Source: Macrostomum lignano
Taxonomy: Eukaryota
NCBI GenBank assembly: GCA_002269645.1
Contig: NIVC01002156.1
Location: 134,576 to 198,575 of the forward strand
Reading direction: 5' to 3'
Length of the DNA: 64,000 bases
Shown here in pieces: positions 47,016 through 58,112 of the stretch. Both the position numbers and the translations under genes were made by a program. Below the pieces are notes generated by a model, which saw nothing but the letters and a program-made list of their open reading frames with translations, made no database searches and had not been told where the DNA came from. How positions within the stretch are numbered: position 1 is the stretch's first letter; each line of letters begins with the position of its first letter.

Positions 47016-47714
47016 AGGTAATAATGATCAGGTGTCTATTATACTCTTTTATATCTATATCTATCTTTTCTCAACTCGAATTATATGACTGACAGGTGTG
47101 AAGAAGAGAGCTGAGTAGGCAAGCTAAATAGTTTTAAAAGAAATAGTGGCTATAGTGTTCAACACAAGTGGGTAACTACCTGCTGGGAAGTTCTGATGAT
47201 GAATAAATTCACCCAGCATACACCCAGTACAGAGCCCATAAAAGAAGTCTAGAAGAAAACCTATAATGTAAAAACACCATTACAACTATGTCCACAAAGG
47301 TTCCATCTGAGTTATGACTTTAGCGTGTATAGGAGCCATGCGCGTTTGTGTGCGCCGAGAAAACAATTACCATCACGATGATTATATATGTAAAATATTA
47401 AACTCTATACGACGCTATTAAACTAAACACAGCTGTTTGAGTAAGCTACCGCACAGTTTTACTATTATAAACGTTGACATAAGCTGCGCCTGAGTAAACA
47501 AAGTAGGTTGATGCATTAAGAATTAGCCCTGCATTAACCCCGATCCTGCATTCATGCAAGAGATGCCAGTAAACTATTTTGCGAGCAGCTTCTTTGGTTC
47601 AGAATTGTGCAGTAAAAACTGATGCCGATGCTTATCAGACAATTGCTTCAACATATTTTTGTATTCCCTATTGTTTCAGCTAATGCTAACTTGATTCGAG
47701 GCATCAATAAACCT

Positions 47715-49880
47715 AAGGATCTGGAAGGCTGGCCCAGCAACTGAGGATCTGGAAGGCTGGCCCAGCAACTGAGGATCTGGGAGGCTGTGGCCCAGCAACT
47801 GAGGATCTGGGAGGCTGGTGGCCCAGCAACTGAGGATCTGGGAGGCTTGTGGCCCAGCAACTGAGGATCTGGGAGGCTGGTGGCCCAGCAACTGAGGATC
47901 TGGGAGGCTTGTGGCCCAGCAACTGAGGATCTGGGAGGCTGTGGCCCAGCAACTGAGGATCTGGGAGGCTGTGGCCCAGCAACTGAGGATCTGGGAGGCT
48001 GTGGCCCAGCAACTGAGGATCTGGGAGGCTGGTGGCCCAGCAACTGAGGATCTGGGAGGCTTGTGGCCCAGCAACTGAGGATCTGGGAGGCTGTGGCCCA
48101 GCAACTGAGGATCTGGGAGGCTGTGGCCCAGCAACTGAGGATCTGGGAGGCTGTGGCCCAGCAACTGAGGATCTGGGAGGCTGTGGCCCAGCAACTGAGG
48201 ATCTGGGAGGCTGTGGCCCAGCAACTGAGGATCTGGGAGGCTGTGGCCCAGCAACTGAGGATCTGGGAGGCTGTGGCCCAGCAACTGAGGATCTGGGAGG
48301 CTGTGGCCCAGCAACTGAGGATCTGGGAGGCTGTGGCCCAGCAACTGAGGATCTGGGAGGCTGTGGCCCAGCAACTGAGGATCTGGGAGGCTGTGGCCCA
48401 GCAACTGAGAATCTGGGAGGCTGGCCCAGCAACTGAGGATCTGGGAGGCTGTGGCCCAGCAACTGAGGATCTGGGAGGCTGTGGCCCAGCAACTGAGGAT
48501 CTGGGAGGCTGGCCCAGCAACTGCGAATCTGGGAGGCTGGCCCAGCAACTGAGGATCTGGAAGGCTGGCCCAGCATCTGAGGATCTGGGAGGCTGGCCCA
48601 GCAACTGAGAATCTGTGAGGCTGGCCCTGCAACTGAGGATCTGGGAGGCTGGCCCAGCAACTGAGAATCTGGGAGGCTGGCCCAGCAACTGAGGATCTGG
48701 GAGGCTGTGGCCCAGCAACTGAGGATCTGGGAGGCTGTGGCCCAGCAACTGAGGATCTGGGAGGCTGGCCCAGCAACTGCGAATCTGGGAGGCTGGCCCA
48801 GCAACTGAGGATCTGGAAGGCTGGCCCAGCATCTGAGGATCTGGGAGGCTGGCCCAGCAACTGAGGATCTGGGAGGCTGTGGCCCAGCAACTGAGAATCT
48901 GTGAGGCTGGCCCAGCAACTGAGGATCTGGGAGGCTGGCCCAGCAACTGAGAATCTGTGAGGCTGGCCCAGCAACTGAGAATCTGTGAGGCTGGCCCAGC
49001 AACTGAGGATCTGGGAGGCTGGCCCAGCAACTGAGAATCTGTGAGGCTGGCCCAGCAACTGAGAATCTGTGAGGCTGGCCCAGCAACTGAGAATCTGTGA
49101 GGCTGGCCCAGCAACTGAGAATCTGTGAGGCTGGCCCAGCAACTGAGGATCTGGGAGGCTGGCCCAGCAACTGAGGATCTGGGAGGCTGGCCCAGCAACT
49201 GAGAATCTGTGAGGCTGGCCCAGCAACTGAGAATCTGTGAGGCTGGCCCAGCAACTGAGGATCTGGGAGGCTGTGGCCCAGCAACTGAGAATCTGTGAGG
49301 CTGGCCCAGCAACTGAGAATCTGTGAGGCTGGCCCAGCAACTGAGGATCTGGGAGGCTGGCCCAGCAACTGAGGATCTGTGAGGCTGGCCCAGCAACTGA
49401 GAATCTGTGAGGCTGGCCCAGCAACTGAGAATCTGTGAGGCTGGCCCAGCAACTGAGAATCTGTGAGGCTGGCCCAGCAACTGAGAATCTGTGAGGCTGG
49501 CCCAGCAACTGAGAATCTGTGAGGCTGGCCCAGCAACTGAGGATCTGGGAGGCTGGCCCAGCAACTGAGAATCTGTGAGGCTGGCCCAGCAACTGAGGAT
49601 CTGTGAGGCTGGCCCAGCAACTGAGGATCTGTGAGGCTGGCCCAGCAACTGAGAATCTGTGAGGCTGGCCCAGCAACTGAGAATCTGTGAATCTGGCCCA
49701 GCAACTGAGAATCTGTGAGGCTGGCCCAGCAACTGAGAATCTGTGAGGCTGGCCCAGCAACTGAGAATCTGTGAGGCTGGCCCAGCAACTGAGAATCTGT
49801 GAGGCTGGCCCAGCAACTGAGAATCTGTGAGGCTTGCCCAGCAACTGAGAATCTGTGAGGCTGGCCCAGCAACTGAGAAT
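47715..49880 (+). repeat. 28-31 bp minisatellite (GGCTGGCCCAGCAACTGAGGATCTGGGA)
   Basis: About 75 units in variant sub-blocks (30-bp GGCTGTGG form, then 28-bp GAGAATCTGTGA form). Confidence 0.97.
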
Positions 49881-50217
49881 AATTGCCAGCGTTGGGTATG
49901 TCGGATTTGTCGGCGGACGTCTCAATGCTGCACAGGAAAGCGCTTCATTCTCACAAGAGTGATTCGATAATTTACATAAAAAACAAGACACCAATCATCT
50001 AGGATCTTTAAAGTAACGATATTATCGGAACGTGACTTCTAGTAGTCCTTGGTTATCAGTTTTTAAGCAGTAGCTAATAATATTTTTTTAATTTATTTGT
50101 TTAAATTTGGTCAACCAAAAACGATTTTGATGTGTCTTTTCTGTGTCGTGAATCGTAGCAAATCGAGCACGTATGTTCAACAGTCAAGATACGAATACTA
50201 CTCAGTTTTAGAAGCTG

Positions 50218-53072
50218 TCAGCAATGGTTTTTATCGACTTTAAACACGGCATTGACCATCCGACCGCCGCACATTTGGTCAGAGTCGCCGGCGCAGGGCA
50301 ATCGACAGTCGGACCGCTCGGCCTCGCCATTGTTGCCGTAGTTGTCGCCACAGCGGCACTGGTTGCCTTCCCGCAGGGCGAACACCGACGTGCCGCGTTT
50401 CAGACAGAGGCAGTTGCACTTCTCACGGGTCATGTCATCGCTGGACGACGCAAGTGAATCAAAATCGGGCCAATGATTGCTCTCGAAAAAGCAGCCGACA
50501 AAATCTGGAAATAGCAGCCAATTTTAAAATGCAGATTTACGCACATATGAAAAACATTGAATCTATTTGCGCAAAAAGATGCAACCCATGTGATGCGCTA
50601 TTTTTTATGATATCTTTCTTGTTTTCGAATTTATTAGATCATTCTGACCCTTCTGTGATGGGTTTAGGCCTTTTCGGCTCCTTTGTGGAAGCCTTCGGGC
50701 CTCAGGTCTCAGAAATAAACCAATTAGAGTCCTGGCCCCCCACTCCTGTCAGATGGTCAGCCCCATGGTAGCTTGATCGTGTGGCGAGCAGTCTAGGTCC
50801 TATAGCTTAGAGAGGGACAGCGAGAGACAAGAGACAAGCACGGAGAATTTTGAAGGTAGAAATTAGATAATCCGCAGATTAACTAACCCGCTGCCACCAG
50901 CCCGTGCGTTCTGGCTCACCACACCGGAACTTTCGAAATCGGGCTTCCGACTAGAGGGGGTTTAGCACTTACCTGCCAACTAGTGTCTTTTTGCTGTCAA
51001 TCTCGAAGTCATAGCCGATGATAAGGGACAGATGGTTTGATTAGTTGATTGCATGTGCGCGAGTTTACTAGCCCGTATGTACAATTGCTCGCTGTACAAT
51101 CATAACAATATATTAGTAAGTGCCTTGGCGCCCTGGGCAGCCAAGATTGGTCTACGCCTGAAGCCTATTTCTTGTCTTGGCTTGTTCCCACACATTGAAG
51201 TTAAAACATAAAAAACCACTTACGTCCGGCCTTGATGGCACTTTTCTTCTTTTCTCCAAAAACTTGAACTTCGCAAAGAGTCAAGGGTGAGCGTTTCCGA
51301 TTGTTGATGCGTAGCTTCTGGCCGACCTTATTGCACTGGAACGTCTTCACAGAAAAGAAGCCGCTCGACTTGAACGAGGCGCACTCCTGACCGTCCACTG
51401 TGATGGAAAAGTCGTTGAGTCTCTCTGAGCAGCAGTCGAGTCGGTTGTAGATTCGAACCTGCTTGACGAGCGATCGCTCTTTGAGAGTCGCTTGCCACCA
51501 GCCAAACTCAGATTTTGTGTGAGTGCAGCTTTGTAAGTGCCAATTAGGACTCGTGTTACCATCGAATGCTCTTTGGCAAACACCATTGAATGCTGTAGAA
51601 ATTTGAGAGCATGACACGAGAGCAAGGCGGTCTAAAAAAGGAAAGAGTTGTTTAAATGCAAGCTAGGTTACACAAGTACTCTATTAAGCATCAGTATGGA
51701 TAAAAACGGATTGACACCCTGTATTACTCTTTGGAGTTGGCAGTTTGACTTCCTCTCCGTACACCTGCACTTCGCAGAGAGTCAGCGGTGACGTTTTACG
51801 GTTCCTCACAGTCACAACTTGACCGATCCTGTCGCATTTGAATGCGCGAATTGAGAAGAAACTGTTGGACTTGTACGACGCGCACTCGTGCCCATCGACC
51901 ATGATTACAAAGTTGTTTAGCCGGTCTGAGCAACAGTCAATCCGGTTGGTGATTCGAACCGTCCGAATGTGAGACAGCGACTTGGTTCTCGCCTGCCACC
52001 AGCCCTTCTCATTTTTGGTGTGAGAGCAGGAATTGTGGCTATAGAATTGGTGATCGTTGTTGTCGATGGCTCGACTGCAGACGCCTTCAGAAGAGGTTGA
52101 AGACTGCAGACATTCCATCATTGGGAGCCTCGCTGAAATCAGATGCACAAGTTCAAATATTTAGTTCTATGCTACTTCCGAAAATGTTTCTATTGGCTAA
52201 AGCCTGCTAGTATAGTATGTCTTTCTTATGCGCTTACCGCCATAAGGATTTCTTGGAATGTAGTTTCCGAAGATCTGCACTTCGCAAAGAGTCAGCGGCG
52301 TTTTGATTCGATTCTTGATTACCAGCATCTGACCGACTTTGTTACACCTGAAGATCTTCACTGAAAATGACTTTCTCGAACTGTATGACTCGCACTCTTG
52401 ACCATCGAGAAAGATGGAGAAGCTGTTGAGTCTGTCTGAGCAGCAGTCGAGTCTGTTGTAGATTAGAACAAATCGCACTCGAGCGAATCCGGATCCCCTT
52501 ATGTAGGCTTGCCAAAAGCCTTTCTCGGCCTTTGTGTGCGTGCACGAGCCTGCGGCATAGTGCTGGTTAATTCTTCCATCGAAGGCTCGTTCGCACGCGC
52601 CTCCAGATGACGTAGAGCTTTGGTAACACTCACCAAATTGCAGTTTGTCTAAATTTCAAATTTGACAGCAAATAAAGTTAATAGTATCGGGTTTTTTAAA
52701 GTTACGGGTAAGGTGACCTGCGGTGTTTAAAAACCATGTACTCTTAATATGTACTTTGCACGACGGCGTCTGATTTGACATTCACTGTAACATTGCACCG
52801 ACATTTTTGCCGACTTTTGCTATTGTCATCCATCGGTGTAGTGTAAAAAAAATCAATTGTCAGCAACGTCCAGCGAATTCGAATACGTTGGAATTTTGCA
52901 TGGCTGTTGATCTTCTCATTTTTTATGAAATTCTAAAAAGCGCAACCATGTACCAGGCTGAATTAAAATCGATATTTTTAGCTGTACCAATTTGAATAGT
53001 CTTGGTACGGGCGTCTTGGGAAGGTGGAACTTTCACAACAGCGAAACTTAATATGAAAAGAACCATGTGCAT
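50218..53072 (-). CDS. Secreted lectin: three F-type lectin (fucolectin, F5/8C fold) domains plus a C-terminal WSC domain, ~531 aa. Exons 53072-52988, 52648-52238, 52132-51728, 51631-51224, 50504-50218
   Basis: Each FTL domain has C[TS]HT…W/FWQ…NR[LI]DCCS[DE]RL…LTLCEVQ[VI][FY]G. The WSC domain has FVGCF…MTREKC..LC…QCRCG…C…CAGD…CGG. All introns are phase 1. The first (signal) exon is inferred and less certain. Confidence 0.88.
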
Positions 53073-54589
53073 TAGTTTTCGGCGTTGTAAAATTTTGACT
53101 TTATGAAGTCTCTTGCTAGATTTCTCGATGATGTTTTGAGATTTTGAACGTTTGAATTTTCGACCTTGTGAATGAAGGTGCCTTTGGCGCAGTGAAATAT
53201 CGAGTTTAGGAAACTAGCTTCTTGGGCGAAGTTTGAAACCTTAAACTCCATATAAGCATAAAAGCTTACTCCAGCGCTGCGATATGATACCGTTGTTTTA
53301 GCTAATCGTCAACCTTCTTTAAAACCATTTTCGTATAGTGGATTTAGTATATTTAGATTGTAATTTTCTGTAGGAGTAAAAGAAAAAAATGAATCAAATC
53401 AGTATCAAGAGAATTGGCTTACTGTAGGCAGTTACAGCTTGAAGTAGCATTAAAAACAGAAGCCATCGATGCCAAGTCGCTTGAAAAGTGGGCCTGCTGG
53501 TCATGCTGAACCGTTAGAATCCTTTTGATAGCCGAATAACTTTTTTTAGCAGTTCAGCTTAATCGTTTGAGATCGGTTTGCTCTCGAGGCGGAGGTCTTG
53601 TCAATTTTATAGTCTTTAGATTTTCATCTCCTGTCGCTGATGGACTGGATTCGGCAGGGTTAGCAGCTGGCAGTGGTCTACATGAACAGTTTTCATGCCC
53701 CTATGTATCCGGGTTTTATCCATTACACCTGTATCCTACGGAGGCGAGGGTATAGATTAGCTAGGGCTTTTGCTTTCGGTGAGTGAGGAGAGTTAAGCGA
53801 GGGCAGTCGTTGAGAGTCTTTTTGCTGCTCTTTCGAGCGGGTCAGCTTGCAGATCCACCCCTGGGTTGCTACGCTCCTCGGGGTTGGCAGTGGGTCTGTC
53901 GGTCCGCAGCTTCTCACCTCCGGGTTGTGCACACGCTGCGCTCATTAATCTTTATCGTCTCGTTGGTCAGCTGCTTTGTTCAGATCGCCGCCTTGCTCAC
54001 CTTCTCTGTCTGGAATGGGTGGTGGCTGCTATTGTCTTTTCCTGCGCTTTTGCCTTCCACTCACTGTAGGCTTATATTGTGTTGCCTATTGCTGTTTGTA
54101 TCTTTTCGTATCTGCTTTATACTCTACTCTGGCCTCGCCTCGCTTTACCGCTCCTTGGCTTTGCTTCTTTATGCGGCCCATTCTTACGGATTTCTAAGCC
54201 CTCTCTATCTCCTTCATGTATACAGGCTTTAAACAACAATTGCCTTTGGATACTAACATAAGAGGTAAAAATCGACATGTCTTTTATTCAATTTTTTATT
54301 CCGTTTTTTGTTGCCGGGATTTCCGTCGAGCTCTGGAAACAGCTGCCCAGTTTCAAAGGGATCTGAACTAGCTGGAAAACGCGATCATGATTTCGCCGAA
54401 TACGAATGCACTGTCAATCTTAGCATTGATTTTATGACATTAGCCTTGTGCAGTTTTACTTCAATTCCCAAACCAGGCATTGCAGCTGGTGTTGGGACTC
54501 CTGGACATTTGATTTCACATGACTGTCACAGTAAAAATTAACATCAAAGTTACTGGAGATGTAACATTTAGACTAGTTTTTGTACAGTT

Positions 54590-55295
54590 GCTGATATGAC
54601 GCCAAAATCAGACATCTCAGATATGGCGCAAAAAACAGACATCTCAGATATGGCGCCAAAAACAGACATCTCAGATATGGCGCCAAAATCAGGCATCTCA
54701 GATATGGCGCCAAAAACAGACATCTCAGATATGACGCCAAAATCAGACATCTCAGATATGGCGCCAAAAACAGACATCTCAGATATGACGCCAAAAACAG
54801 ACATTTCAGATATGGCGCCAAAAACAGACATCTCAGATATGGCGACAAAATCAGGCTTCTCAGATATGGCGCCAAAAACAGACATCTCAGATATGATGCC
54901 AAAATCAATCATGTCAGATATGGCGCCAAAATCAGGCATCTCAGATATGGCGCCAAAATCAGGCATCTCAGATATGGCGCCAAAATCAGGCATCTCAGAT
55001 ATGGCGCCAAAATCAGGCATCTCAGATATGGCGACAAAATCAGGCATCTCAGATATGGCGCCAAAATCAGGCATCTCAGATATGGCGCCAAAATCAGGCA
55101 TCTCAGATATGGCGCCAAAATCAGGCATCGCAGATATGGCGCCAAAAACAGACATCTCAGATATGGCGCCAAAATCAGGCATCTCAGATATGGCGCCAAA
55201 ATCAGGCATCTCAGATATGGCGCCAAAATCAGGCATCGCAGATATGGCGCCAAAAACATACATCTCAGATATGGCGCCAAAATCAGGCATCTCAG
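54590..55295. repeat. 27 bp minisatellite (GGCGCCAAAATCAGGCATCTCAGATAT)
   Basis: About 26 units. Confidence 0.96.
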
Positions 55296-55454
55296 ATACT
55301 CAGCTGCATGGACGTCCCCGGCGCTGTCCAGGAGGCGCGCCTCGTCTGGGGGATTTACAGAGTCTCAGGAGGCCGGCTGCGGCGGGTGGAGGCGGTTTCT
55401 CGGAATTGAACTTTTAATCTTTGTGCGTCTGTCTTTATCTGACCTTTCTTCGCT

Positions 55455-56045
55455 GTCTCACCCTGTGTTCCCCTCTCACCCTCTGTGTTCCCCTCTAACC
55501 CTCTGTGTTCCCCTCTCACCCTGTGTTCCCCTCTAACCCTCTGTGTTCCCCTCTAACCCTCTGTGTTCCCCTCTCACCCTGTGTTCCCCTCTAACCCTCT
55601 GTGTTCCCCTCTCACCCTGTGTTCCCCTCTAACCCTCTGTGTTCCCCTCTCACCCTCTGTGTTCCCCTCTAACCCTCTGTGTTCCCCTCTCACCCTGTGT
55701 TCCCCTCTAACCCTCTGTGTTCCCCTCTCACCCTCTGTGTTCCCCTCTAACCCTCTGTGTTCCCCTCTCACCCTGTGTTCCCCTCTAACCCTCTGTGTTC
55801 CCCTCTCACCCTCTATGTTCCCCTCTCACCCTCTGTGTTCCCCTCTCACCCTCTATGTTCCCCTCTCACCCTCTGTGTTCCCCTCTCACCCTCTATGTTC
55901 CCCTCTCACCCTCTATGTTCCCCTCTCACCCTCTATGTTCCCCTCTCACCGTCTATGTTCCCCTCTCACCCTCTGTGTTCCCCTCTCACCCTCATGTTCC
56001 CCTCTCACCCTCTGTGTTCCCCTCTCACCCTCTATGTTCCCCTCT
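55455..56045. repeat. ~20-22 bp pyrimidine-rich minisatellite (CCCTCTGTGTTCCCCTCTCA)
   Basis: About 27 units. Confidence 0.95.
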
Positions 56046-56674
56046 CCCCGCTGTCACAGATGAATGGATCTGGATGAGGATCGATCCCAGAGTTGAAATT
56101 ACCAGAAGTCAATAAATCAGCAGTGAGGAGAGTCAGATTTCAAGTTAAACAACTCCGTGTGTCGTATGCTGACCCCTGTGATTCGTATTAATTGGCCCAA
56201 CTGATTTCGTTTCACTGAAGCTTGCCCTGGGCTTGAGTTTTTGTACGGCTGCCACAACACCCGACCGCAGCCCTGTGTGGGCGGGGGGGAGCTCCGCAAT
56301 CCAATCGGAGGTTTCTCGCGGGAATTTCAACTGCTGGCTAATAGGGCGCACTTTGATACCGCTTTCAAGGTGTTTCTTTTTGTTTCACTTCTCAATGTTC
56401 TCGTGACCCAGCGAGTCAAGTGACAATTGCGGCAATTATCCAGTTGCTACGGGGAACTATGCAATGTGATTTTCAATTCCCAGTGACCCAGATTGACATG
56501 ATTCATGTTTGTTACGTATTGTTTCAGAAGTCGCCATAATCAGCGGTGTGTCGTGTGTTGAGGCGCCACTGAGGGGATGAAGGTGAAAAAGAGGATGAAA
56601 AAGAGGGGGTGAATGTCACCGCCCTCCTGAGGGTGAATGAGATCGGGTGAATGTCAATGAGAGGGTGAAGAAGA

Positions 56675-57092
56675 GGCCCAGCAACTGAGAATCTGTGAGG
56701 CTGACCCAGCAACTGACACTCTGGGAGGCTGACCCAGCAACTGAGGATCTGGGAGGCTGACCCAGCAACTGACACTCTGTGAGGCTGACCCAGCAACTGA
56801 CACTCTGGGAGGCTGACCCAGCAACTGACACTCTGGGAGGCTGACCCAGCAACTGACACTCTGGGAGGCTGACCCAGCAACTGAGGATCTGGGAGGCTGG
56901 CCCAGCAACTGACACTCTGGAGGCTGACCCAGCAACTGAGGATCTGGGAGGCTGAAGCAGCAACTGACACTCTGGGAGGCTGACCCAGCAACTGACACTC
57001 TGGGAGGCTGACCCAGCAACTGACACTCTGGGAGCTGGTCCAGCAACTGAGGATCTGGGAGGCTGACCCAGCAACTGAGGATCTGGGAGGGT
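56675..57092 (+). repeat. 28 bp minisatellite (GGCTGACCCAGCAACTGACACTCTGGGA), same family and orientation as 47715-49880
   Basis: Shares the CCCAGCAACTGA core; some units are the GAGGATCTGGGA form. Confidence 0.94.
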
Positions 57093-58112
57093 GAAAAGAA
57101 AGTGATATTAGAGACAAAAATGAATAAAATCGTAGCAAAGAATTGGTAATGATATTCTATTCACAAAAAACACATTATAGCATTATTTATCAAATATATA
57201 ACTCCGCTTTAACAACCAGTTTTATTTTCGTTCACCTAAAACGCCAGCACTAGCAACAACAAACGAATTTTATTAGCGACTTTATCGAAAGCACAAGTCA
57301 AAACAGTCCAGCTTTATTAGAAAAGAAAACCGGTTGCGCAAAAAATGCATTCGTAATCGTAAGATTTCAAGCTTAATAACTTACACTATTATACTACTAA
57401 AAAGTAGGACGCAGAATCAGTAGAACATAAAAAATATATCAACCATAGTTTGTGAAATACGACACATGATTGGAAGAGCATGTAGTTTTAGCTTAATAGG
57501 AAAATTAATTATGATTAGAAATTTATAAGTTTGGCTTTATAAATTAGGAACTTAAAAAATATGGGTTAGAGGATAAATGGGTTAAGTTTCTAAAAATATT
57601 TTAATTCTCTAAAATATGACACCAATTAATCAATATAGGTTGTTTAACTATTGAAATGAAAATAATGTCTGACTTTCGTATGTCTCTTACACTTTACGGT
57701 ATGTCACTGTTTTCATGTCTTCTACATGTTTATGTCATTATGTGTTTTAATGTCTCAGATGCTTTAATGCCTCTACATGTATGTATATTACTCGTAATTT
57801 TCTCTAAAAATTTTATGTCACTGTCGTTTAATATCTTTTGTTTTTGACGTCACTATCTTTTAATGTTTCTTACGTTTTTTAATGCTAATTTAAAAGATAG
57901 CGAACGAATATCTTTTAACGTACGTTATGTTCTTTTAAAGTTTCGATTGCATTTCATTGTCCCTACTATAGTCTTTTAATGTGTATTACGGATTTTTAAA
58001 TGTCTCTTAAATAATTCTCTGAAATATGTCTCTCAGTTAAAACAAAATTTTCTATGCTCCCAAGCAAACTGTTATAATGCCTAAGATTTCAAATCAAATC
58101 AATCAATCAAAT

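Noticed and set aside
47715-49880. 28-31 bp repeats as a CRISPR array
   Set aside because: Units are directly tandem with no unique spacers, there are no cas genes, and the context is eukaryotic.
43598-49994. Long ORFs of 230-770 aa over the 43.7-45.0 kb and 47.7-49.9 kb arrays
   Set aside because: Open in several frames at once, with non-triplet units and no protein-like composition.
50966-50977. CACTTACCTGCC resembling the U1 snRNA 5' end
   Set aside because: No U1 stem-loops or Sm site follow. It is equally a minus-strand donor-like sequence, and no in-phase cassette exon results.
55300-55415. GIYRVSG motif suggesting a RhoGAP exon
   Set aside because: Spacing from the preceding VP is too short, a stop follows, and I found no downstream RhoGAP motifs in frame.
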